A DNA stretch of 63,998 bases, the filler included, from Reticulomyxa filosa (Eukaryota > Protista > Foraminifera): assembly GCA_000512085.1 (NCBI GenBank). It is 17 parts of 17 records of this genome, joined end to end, with 100 filler letters (N's around TTAATTAATTAA, not from the genome) between each part and the next. Parts side by side here need not be neighbours in the genome. Positions count along the whole stretch, not along the records: positions 7,357 to 14,149 come from ASPP01003728.1; positions 14,250 to 19,110 come from ASPP01046683.1; positions 19,211 to 20,585 come from ASPP01035083.1; positions 20,686 to 23,700 come from ASPP01008954.1; 13 more parts are not named here. One strand, given 5' to 3'. Positions 10,688 through 21,060 of the stretch are shown here, piece by piece. A program made the position numbers and the translations under genes. Position 1 is the first letter of the stretch; each line of letters opens with the position of its first letter. The notes below the pieces were generated by a model. The model made no database searches, was not told the DNA's origin, and worked only from the letters and a program-made list of their open reading frames with translations.

Positions 10688-12951
10688 ATGTTTTCAAGTG
10701 ACAGTGACAAAGAAGTAGACGCAAAAGCGGATGACATAATCCCTTTTGAAGCCTTAGACTTTTTACCAAACACATTTTTGCATTGTCAGTGTGTGTTTCA
10801 CAACCACGAAATTATTATGTGTGGAGGTATCTTTTCAAGGAAATGTTACGTCTATCATACGTTCAAGAAGCAATATAAGCAGCTAGATTCTTATCCCAAG
10901 GGAATCACAACAGAAGGACATTGTGTGGTAAAGCGTGTGAACAGCAAAAACCCAAACGAAGTCACTTTATTTTCTTTTGGTGGGCAACGTGACGGTGACT
11001 ACAAATTCACCTTCGTGATGAAATATAGAAGCGTATGGGATGATGTTGAAGGCGAGGGCCATGGAACTGAGGATAGCAAAACAAATACTTATAACAAATG
11101 GATGCCTTTGATTAATGACAAAAATGAATTGGTTTTCATTGGAAGAGGGGATGATGATTATTGTGGAGCACGTGGAGTGATTGGTGGAAGTGACAATAAT
11201 TTATTGTTCATCACCTATTTTCCAACTAATATTGATGTGTTCAATTTAAATACATTGCAATATGTTTGTCACGCTGTTTTGCCAGATGAGATCACATCTA
11301 GCCTAGGCCAGCACTGTTTTGTTATTAAAACGGAAAACGGAGAACGAAAGAATAATGAAATGTTGTTATTTCTGGAAAAAACTGGCTTGTCTATTAAATA
11401 TGACGAAGATAATAACACATTTGAATTCCATGAATTGAGGGTGTGCTCGACAATGCGAGCATTGCGTAATTATGCCTATGTGTGCATCGATGACTGTATC
11501 TTGTTCTTTGGTGGCAATGATGAAAATAAGATACACAAATATGCAATGAAAGATGGCAAATGGACAAAATTTAAATATGTTATACCCAATCCACTAAGTG
11601 ATATTACTGCAATTGTGAATGAAGATGATATGTATGTTCATCTCATTGGAGGACGGGATAAAACTGGCTTTCTTATGCCAAGGCACACAAAACGTGCTAA
11701 AATGGATGAATGAAGATGATGTACAAGACCTGCAATGGACCATAAAAGAAAACAAGATAATAATGCTGGAAGATATCGGAAGAGAGCTTAGTGCAATGCA
11801 ACAAAACATTGATATAAGAAAATTGAAAGTTGAATTTTTTCTTTTTTTTTTTTTTTACAAATCTATTTTGATTGCGTGACAAAATAAAATAAATAAATAA
11901 AAAAAGATTGAAAAGGTAATAAAATACTGGATTCAGTTATCATTGGTAAATTTTGGATGGATCACTGATTTTGATATTGTCATATTGAGATATATTTTGG
12001 TATACTTATATTTCCCTCTTGTGTTTGTATTATGAAAAAAGTAAAGCATGAAATACATAGATGCCCTATTTTAAGCCTTTGAAGGTGTTGGATCAACGAT
12101 CCGATGGGGTGGATTGTATAAATTTTTCACCAGATGGTACCAAAATTATTGCATGCTACACCTCCAACTCGCTCAAAATATGGGATATCGCAGCAGAAAC
12201 AGAAATTCAAACTTTGAAAGGGCATACCGATTGGGTTAATTATGCTCAGTTTTCGCCAAGTGGAAACATGGCTGTGTCATGTTCGAAAGATAAAACTATT
12301 CGATTATGGGATGTGGCTTCAGGAAGACAGATAAAATGTTTTGAAGGGCATTTGAAAAATGTGCTAAGTGTTGATTTTTCACCTGATGAAAAGACGATTG
12401 TTTCAGGTTCAGCAGATAAAACGATTCGATTATGGGATGTTGAATCTGGAAAGCAGTTGAAAAAACTTAAAGAGCATTCCGGTGCAGTAAATAGCGTGAA
12501 ATTTTCACCCGATGGTGAAACTCTTGCATCAGCATCAGATGATCGCACCGTTATTACATGGAATGCGAAATCTGGTGAATCGCTTCGTCAATTGGGAAGA
12601 CATGTGTATCCTGTATTGATAGTGAGTTTCTCTCCAGACAGTCGCTTTATTGTATTCTGTTCAGCTGACACAACGCTTCGAACGCTTGATATTACATCAA
12701 AAAAAGGAATTACAAGCTTAGAAGGACATAAAGGTATTCTGACCAATGCAAAATATTCATCAGATGGTCAAATAATCGTATCCTGTTCTGTTGATAAAAC
12801 AATTCGGTTGTGGAGTCCAGAATTTCAAACGGAAATACAACAATTGAACGGGCACACTGATATCATAACAACAGTGGATATTTCGCCTGATGGAAGTAAG
12901 ATTGTATCATCTTCTGCAGATGGAACAATTCGACTATGGGAACGTTTATAA
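10688..12951 (+). CDS. Kelch-type propeller fused to a WD40 propeller; frameshift near 11690; introns 11829-11906 and 12000-12060
   Basis: Kelch-like blades (QCVFHNHEIIMCGG, LFSFGG, ILFFGG, VHLIGG); phase-0 GT-AG introns join IEKVIKYWIQLSLVNFGWITDFDIVILRYIL to about 7 WD repeats (GH...SxDKTIRLWD). Confidence 0.8.
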
Positions 12952-13573
12952 CAAAACACAGGCATAAAATACAGTTTTACTTTTGCCATGAGCGCCGCAA
13001 CTGAAAACTGGTCACTGCTTTTGTTTTTTATTGTCTTGTAAATCAAAAACTTGAAGGATTCCTAGGTCTTCTTTATTCTTTTGATAAGTTGATAAAAATA
13101 TTTTTAAAAAGCGAAAATAATCTACATGTCCACCTCCTGATATTAAATAACAGTAATAAAAAATTTTCATTTAAACAAACTTTTAATAAACGAATTTATA
13201 TCATAAATATATAACATTTTTCTTTTGTTCAATTTTTCATTTATCAAAAAAATATTGCAACAGTTTTACTTAGCAAAAATTTAAAAAAATGAAAAAAATG
13301 ATTTTAAGATTTGTGTCCAGAGTGTGATTTTTTACAAATTTGAAAATAGATTAAAAAATTAATGTTACAAAGCGTTGATCATATAAACATATTTTTTTCA
13401 TGAAAATCAATTCGATCTATTCGCTTATTAAGAAATATACTAAAATAAAAATAAGAAAAATAGTAAGTTTTTTAGCTGAATTTTTCTTATTTTATCAATT
13501 TTTCTTTTTTTAATTTTACTAAGTTTTTGTGAAAGTTCTATCTTAACACAAGTATTGATTATTCAATCATTTT

Positions 13574-14140
13574 TTATATATTAGGTCCAAAGATTCCATT
13601 GACATGAATGAAATGAGGAGCAGGTCTAAAATGAAAAAACATATACGACAACAAAGCAGGTTCGACAATGTCATAATTAACCAAGCCAACAAACCACTCT
13701 TCAGTCCAGTCCAACAAAGACAAATAAAAGAGATACACTCCAATGGGAATCATTAAAAACAAATAAAAACTTGAGCGCAAGTCTTTGTGCGCTTTTAGCA
13801 GAGCATAGCTGTAAGCCAAATCAGACCTCCACAGTTCGGAGCGGATGACTGTTTGAACGGAGCTAATTAGCGCATTCAGCAATGCGACAATGCCGACAAC
13901 TAAAAAGCAGCGAAAGATGAATTGCAACAATTGAATGAACTTGCAATAGCTCCGGAACATAAAGCACGTTTGTTTCGCAAAGCAAACGCCGGCGTAAAGC
14001 AACAGCAGGCACAACGCAATGCGCATTTGTCCAACGTGCAAGTTCGGGCGATACAATTTATATCCCATGGCCACAATGAATAAAAAGAACATTCCTAGAA
14101 CTTCAAAACAGGAACTAATTATGTAATATACACTCCTATT
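13574..14140 (-). CDS. Multi-pass membrane protein C-terminus, possibly GOST/LUSTR (GPR107/108, TMEM87, GPR180-like) 7TM family
   Basis: Five hydrophobic helices; MGYKLYRPNL and terminal FHFRP resemble GOST-family motifs; partial. Confidence 0.5.
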   Translation of the reverse strand, partial: NRSVYYIISSCFEVLGMFFLFIVAMGYKLYRPNLHVGQMRIALCLLLLYAGVCFAKQTCFMFRSYCKFIQLLQFIFRCFLVVGIVALLNALISSVQTVIRSELWRSDLAYSYALLKAHKDLRSSFYLFLMIPIGVYLFYLSLLDWTEEWFVGLVNYDIVEPALLSYMFFHFRPAPHFIHVNGIFGPNI

Positions 14141-16245
14141 TTTTTTTTTNNNNNNNNNNNNNNNNNNNNNNNNNNNNNNNNNNNNNNNNNNNNTTAATTA
14201 ATTAANNNNNNNNNNNNNNNNNNNNNNNNNNNNNNNNNNNNNNNNNNNNTTTGAACTGGGGAAGTTTTGTTGTGGCCAACTCTATTTTTTTTTAGTACAA
14301 AAATCACACCATTTGAAAAAAAATTCATTTCAAAAGTTATTTTTACTATTAAAATTAAAAAAGATCGTATATTTTAATTACTGAAATCATGTGAAAAAGG
14401 ATAAAATATTTATTGTTAAAGATGAGATTTTATTTGCCACACAAAACGAATATAACATATTTATTCTTATTCAAATAGTTTTGTTTTCTTACTTGTCGTT
14501 TACTACAAAAAAGGGAAGACTTCGGGGATCTTCAATTCAAAGTTCACTTGCAAAAAGGATTAAAAGTAAATGAACTTGCTACTAGTCAACATTTGAGTAC
14601 TTTTCTTGCTCCCTCATTAATAGTTTTTCTAGAAACGCATATTCAAGAGTATCTCATGTGCAAACGATATCTATAACTATCCAAAATTGTATCCAATGGA
14701 ATATACAAAGAGACTCTCTAGACAAACGAAGTGACAAAACATAATTGGAGAAAAAAACACATTGAATTCAAACAAAATAAATCAATGGATATAAATATTG
14801 CTTAATTTAATGACAGAGCATTATTTGAGAAAGTAATCTCACATATGCAACATATTTATGTGACTTTTTATATTTTTTTGAAAAGCCTTTTGTTGTTATG
14901 TCCAAATTCAAAATACAAACAAAATATCACTTAAAGGGACAATAGGAAATACCATTACAGAATTAAACTCTTTTTCGCAACAACAAGAAAAACTATCAAA
15001 TCTTATCACAAAAAACCATTTGTTTTCTTTTAAGAAATGAAAATCATAAAACAAATGTCCGAAAAGAACATTTGTATTCATTTGTTGTGTTATGTGAAAT
15101 AAATGTGATTCACAGAATAAATTCCACATTTGGACGACGTTTTTTTAAAATTACTGCTATTTTTGTGAGTTGACATGGATAAAGCTTGTTTTGATTTCTT
15201 TTTTCAGCTTAATTAAGTTAAAATTTGGAATGTTATTTGATGATAATGCTGCGTTTCAAATAGTGTCGAAGTATTTTTTATATTGATAACACACATGATT
15301 ATAAAATAAATTAGAATCAAAAATCAAAATCAATGAATTGACCTAAATAGAAACAAGAAACTAATGACAATAACAAAATTGTGTAAAAGGAAATGGAAAA
15401 AGCAGAAATTAGATAAATCAATATACAAGAGTATTGTAGCAATGAAATCTGTTTAGTATCAAGATCAAATTATCAGTTTATGTGAATATTGGATTTGGTA
15501 ATATTACTTCATTTCAGATAATACATCTTTTAGATGCCAACAATTAATTTACTTGTTTGTATCTCATTACTAAAATATTATAGTGAATTAAATCGTTTCT
15601 CAATTTTTACAAATGAGACAAGCCAATAAAAAGATAATGGATGTTAGTAAAAATATTTCATTGTGTTTACTTGATAAAATATTTTATATTTAATTACATT
15701 AATGTTGCAAAAATCCTCCACAATGGTCTTTACTACAAATTGTTGCATCCCAAGAGTTATGTTATTATCTAAAGAAATCCATCAAATGTCTTTTAAACAT
15801 ATCATTTATGAAATTTATGTTTAAGCAGTTCTAATGTTTCAAAATCGAATATTCAAATTTCTACTTCAAGCTTAGCAAAGCAATAATCAATTTAAAAACA
15901 GAAACAAACACATGCAAAGTTTATAAAAGTTGTGTTAAATTACACTTTTCATTTCATCAAAGTTTCTTTTTTGTTTTCAAACATTCTTCAAAAACTACAA
16001 AACACTGTTTTCAAAGTTTTTGTTAAAAATCTTTTTAAAAAAAATGTGATATACTTGTATAATCAGTTTTGTACAAATTTTTAAAAAATTTCTTGTTATT
16101 ATCGAAAAAACAGTTACATGTACTGTCAAAATCCTATTTCACGTTGTCAAAAATGTTTTAAAATCCCCTTTCGTTACTCTTGAGAAAAAAAATGTTCAAT
16201 ATCTTCCATTTTACATCATCAAAAACAATCTTAAGAAAAAACAAA

Positions 16246-16459
16246 ATGACAACCATCAGCAATGAGAAGCAAACTTCAACACAAATAGTGTTGGTAAGCT
16301 TTATTACGAGCTTTCAGAAAGTTTGTTTTTTTATCGTGTAATTTGTGATTCAAACAGTCTAAAGAAGAAAAGATTCAAGTAATCGTACAACATTGGATTA
16401 AAATATTGAAAATTAAATTAGGATGGATTCATGAGTTTGACAAACTTGTTGTCAATTAT
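16246..16459 (+). pseudogene. Orphan first two exons of a WD40-family gene (16246-16293 and 16358-16459), with no WD40 body downstream
   Basis: MTTISNEKQTSTQIVL|GTAAGC...AG|SKEEKIQVIVQHWIKILKIKLGWIHEFDKLVVNY|GTTAGT; the same module as exon 11907-11999. Confidence 0.65.
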
Positions 16460-17185
16460 GTTAGTTCATCTATTCTTTCTTTTTTTAAATATTAACTAAA
16501 CATATTGATACTTTCATTATGACATACATGTGTCAAATTGTGACGTTTCTAAGCTTTTTTATTAAAAAATGCATTGGCAAATCTTTTGTTCAATCAAATT
16601 TTTTAATCTAGACTTAGTTGACGCATGTAAATAATGGTATTCCGGCTATTATTTGGGCCGCCGATTTGATTGAGGTTCTATAGTACATAGTATTTTTGTT
16701 AAGGCTTGTTAGTGCATGCTGCACAGTCGTTTTGACAGTGTATTTACGTAAAGTATTGTTCTGCTTACGTATTCTATTACTGGTCTTATTACTGCTTTGT
16801 AATACTTTATTTGTGTGATTATATCTAGACTGCGTCCTACGAACAGAGTTTTATTAATTGTTTTTTTTATTGATCAAATCACATAAATAACTACTGTATA
16901 TCACTTTTCAATTTATTTTTGGAATATTCGGTTAAATAGTACAGAATTGCGCTAATTAAAGGATATAATAAAGAAGATTGTGGAATTTATTGTCATCGTT
17001 TACTTTATCTTACCATCCAAGCAAGATAAAATAATTATTTTTTAGATTTACATTTGCTTTTTTGCATCGGTCGTTTAATTTGTGTTTTTGAATTCTATTT
17101 ATGTTTAAAGTTGATGTGAAATGGCTTAACGCATTTATAATCATTACACAAGAATTTATATTTCATTGTCGTTGTATTCACCTTA

Positions 17186-18027
17186 CAGTAGTTTGCAAAA
17201 AAAAATGAACACCTATTATGCTACTTTATGAAGATAATCGATTTTCTCTATGAAAAACCAACATTTAATCGTAATTTTTTTTTTTTTCATTTAAAAAAAA
17301 AAATATCTACAATGCTTGAAAAATTTTATTTAAAATTCAAAAACGTATTTAAATTCTTCTAGGTCGAAGAAAAATTCACTTTTTTCAAATGATTTTTGTA
17401 AATTTTGAAAAAAATGACTTATATTGTTATGATGGAAATTTTAAAACTTTTTATTGCTTTTTTCAGAAACTCTAACTCATGTAGATATCTTTTAAAAAAA
17501 GAATTAACATCGCATCTCTTCGAGAATTGGAGATAATTGCGATTCTTTATTGCCAAATTTGGCCTTCAGTAGTTTACAAAAAAAATGACACACCTATTAT
17601 GCTACTTTATAAATATTTTGAATATTTTTAATTATAATATTAATTATTTGGAGGTGTTTGTTTTTTAAAATTTTTTTTTTTGATACTTTATTGTTTTTAT
17701 AGCTTTTTTGCTTATTTTTGTGTTTTTTAGGCAATACATGAAGCGTGACGTCATATTTATCGGACTTTGTTTTTTGCAGTCAAATTAACCGCTTTGTGTT
17801 TTTTTTACAAGGTAAAGGCTTTGAGCAGAAAAAAAAAGATTAAACGTTTACATGTAAATAGTTTTTTAAAAAATTTATGCGCCAAAATAAAATTAAAAAA
17901 CCCAACAGACAGTGAGAAAGTATTTTTTAAAAAAAATTAGGATTAAAGTTGGTATTTCATGGAGAAAATCGATTATCTTCATAAAGTAGCGTAATAGGTG
18001 TGCCATTTTTTTTTTTGCAAACTACTG
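17186..18027. mobile_element. Non-autonomous DNA transposon (MITE), Tc1/mariner-like ends, ~100-bp imperfect TIRs, TA target duplication
   Basis: Left end TA|CAGTAGTTTGCAAAA...ACCTATTATGCTACTTTATGAAGATAATCGATTTTCTC; the right end is its reverse complement, ending ...GCAAACTACTG|TA; no internal ORF. Confidence 0.85.
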
Positions 18028-18514
18028 TATATTGGGAGTAGAATTTTTATCTGATGGTTGAAAATTTGTCTGTTATTTAGAAGATAATACGATTGAAACT
18101 ATGGGAGGAAAAAAGATTGAAAAATTAGAATTATCATGAGATAATTTAAAATTGAACGGGTAAAGAAATGGATAAAAATAATTGGATGAAATGTATTTTG
18201 GCAAGTGGGCATTGAAGTTTTGGTTTAATGGATATTTGGAAAAATACAAAAGATTTATTAGCAGACAACAGAAATTACTTGTGAGGAAGTGAATAATTAT
18301 TTTTGCCGCAATAAAATTTGGAATAGTATTTATTTTTTTTGATTCAAAAACAAATGATTTGTGTTTGAAATATTTTTTGAAATGAGCATATCAATTGTAA
18401 TTTGCTAAAACATTCGCTTATTGAAAAAGTGAATATTTATTTTTTTCCAATCACAAAACAAAGCTATAAATCCAAAAATGTGAATGCGTAACAACAACAA
18501 CAACAAAAAATAAA

Positions 18515-19110
18515 TTATGCCTCGGTTTTTTGCATCTCAACGGTAGCTATTGGTTCATATGATTTTCGACCCATTTTGTAACCAGCACAATACATGATAA
18601 TTGCCAAGACAAGAGCAGCAATACCAACAACAATACCAACAATAGAAGCAGTGGAAATGGATTTTTGTTTGTTTGAAGAACGAGGAGATGGTGCAATGGA
18701 TGGTGAGACAGTCGGAGAATAAGTTAACACAGAGGAAATATATTGTTGATTATAAGAAGGGAGACTCAAATTGTATTGACATCGATCGCCATCAAATCCA
18801 TATGAACAATTGCATATATTATTGTCCAAGCAAGTACCATTATTTTGACAAGGAGAGATACATTCAAAATTGTTAGCAATCTTTTTTTGTTCGGCAATAA
18901 AACTTTCCAAATTACTTTTTGTAGCTAAGGCAATTTGTTCATCTTGAGTATAATATAAATCATATATGCATTGATAATTATTATCGCAAGTAGTATTAAG
19001 ATATTCTTTTTCAGAAGAATTGAGACTACTATAATTAAAAACAGTGGTGATATTACTACTGTCAGCTGTTAATCGACGTCGTTTCGAACAAGTGGTAGTA
19101 TCCATCGATT
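18515..19110 (-). CDS. Single-pass type I membrane protein C-terminus with an EGF-like domain
   Basis: EGF CISPCQNNGTCLDNNICNCSYGFDGDRCQ; Ser/Pro stalk; TM SIVGIVVGIAALVLAIIMYCAGY; YEPI tail; upstream CDNNYQCIYD...IALATK resembles the post-VWD segment of MUC4/SUSD2-type proteins. Confidence 0.8.
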
Positions 19111-19299
19111 NNNNNNNNNNNNNNNNNNNNNNNNNNNNNNNNNNNNNNNNNNNNTTAATTAATTAANNNNNNNNNNNNNNNNNNNNNNNNNNNNNNNNNN
19201 NNNNNNNNNNCGTATTTTCTATTTTTCCAAATTTCAAAGTCCAGCATTGCATATAGTTAAAAAAAAAAAAAAAATAGTCAGATAACTCTTTTTTTTTTT

Positions 19300-20585
19300 C
19301 TCGTGTCAATCTGCACTCGTTGTCCAATACTGTGTTTGTTTTCTTTCCTTTCGTCGTCGTTGTGGCCTGTCGCTATGGTTTCCACTTTTGGAATCCGATT
19401 GAATGGTGGCAATTGGACTTTGTTTGACGAAAATACCTCTCCCTTTGGGACACTGCATTTTACACTCGAATCAAATAATTCTCAATTGATACATGTCTTT
19501 TAACTTCAAGCAAATATTGCACAACAAAAACAAAACAAAAAAAAACCTGAAAGTATCAACATTGGCTGTACACGCCATCATGAGCACCAGGAATCCATAC
19601 GTCTATAAAGAAAAGACAAAATATCATTACACATAAAAAAAAAATTGTTTCTGAAGAAACAAATCTAGTTCAATGCCAATAACTTCGCTCTCGATAACCA
19701 ATGTATTTGATTACACATATTGTCTCCATTGACGAAAATTGTGTGATCGTCGGGATTGAATGGTTTCAATTGGAGGATCGTATTTGAGGTTTTTGGACTG
19801 TAATGGCGATTGCAGAGGTCGTTATCGTTATTGTCGTCAGTTTGCTTTTCTATATCAAAACAAAATCCAACAACAATCAAGTACTTATTTTTTTTATTTT
19901 ATTTTTTCTAAAAACAAAATAAATAAATCATACAACTGTTTCTAGATTCTATGCAATGATTCTTTGTTGCCAAGCGTTTTTCATACTTTCATCTCATATT
20001 ATGTTTGCCACATAACGTCAACGAGCAAGTATCCATTGTATTGAAACGTATACAAATATGATAACACAAGATAAGTCGAGTCTTTTTTTTGTCGTTATTG
20101 TGAATTTGGAAATATTTTTTCTATTGCAGTCATTGGTCCACCAATCATTGAGTTCGATTTCCAACATTCCTTTATCACAACTAAAATCAGCCACACCAAT
20201 CCAATTCAACACGATCGCCAACTTTGATGTTTTTGCTTCTTGTATCGATCGTATCATCACCACCGTCGGCAACTCCTACAACATTAACTTTTCCGTCATG
20301 AGCCCCTGTATACATTGAGGAACTCCAAAACGACCACTTCTTCACCTTTGCTAAATTTTAATGAATTTGACATCGCTTGACTTTGCCACGAGCTCATCCC
20401 AAGCAGCGAAGCCCACACTCAAAGTTTCGTGTCCATCTTGGTAATGTGAACGGGCAAGAGTTCTTCAAATACAATTCTTTGCAGAGGGCTGCCACTCATC
20501 CAATTCAATGCCAATGACAATTTGATCTTTGGAGAAATCGATTTTTTTCTAAAAAGCCAACGGTTCCAATCGCACCGTTTCTTGT
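19300..20585 (-). pseudogene. Degenerate multi-CAP-Gly domain gene
   Basis: Fragments in shifting frames: IDFSKDQIVIGIELDEW, GAHDGKV, IKVGDRVEL..GVADFSCDKGMLEIELNDW, WIPGAHDG, CPKGRGIFVK, SIGQRVQI. Confidence 0.65.
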
Positions 20586-20829
20586 NNNNNNNNNNNNNNN
20601 NNNNNNNNNNNNNNNNNNNNNNNNNNNNNTTAATTAATTAANNNNNNNNNNNNNNNNNNNNNNNNNNNNNNNNNNNNNNNNNNNNGAATTGCCAACAGAA
20701 TTTTCTTTCCTCCCCCCCCCCCCCACCACCCCCTCCGTTCCCCAAAAATGTAATATATACATTTTATGATATACATATATCTTGTAATAAAATTATTTAA
20801 CTGTCGGCTTGATATCTGTACTAAATCTT

Positions 20830-21060
20830 TGGACTTGTTTCGACATGGACTTATCATATCTTATCTATTTTTTTGTTTTCAATGTTCCTGCCATGTTCTA
20901 ATTCAGCCGTAACAAAAATAAATAAAATCGAAACTTCAAGCCACTCTCCTTCTGCGTCGTGAAATATTTGTGCTACCTCACCTACAAACCATTTACGCTT
21001 CGAATTAGAATAAATCTGTACGTGCGAACTCGTTCGCCATTCTTTTCGAACCTGTAGATT
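20830..21060 (-). pseudogene. Gene fragment with an SH3/Tudor-like small beta-barrel motif
   Basis: EWRTSSHVQIYSNSKRKWFVGEVAQIFHDAEGEWLEV; flanks interrupted by stops. Confidence 0.35.

Noticed and set aside
16606-16831. 9-bp direct repeat ATCTAGACT flanking about 208 bp as a possible target-site duplication
   Set aside because: No terminal repeats or poly-A tail; plausible by chance
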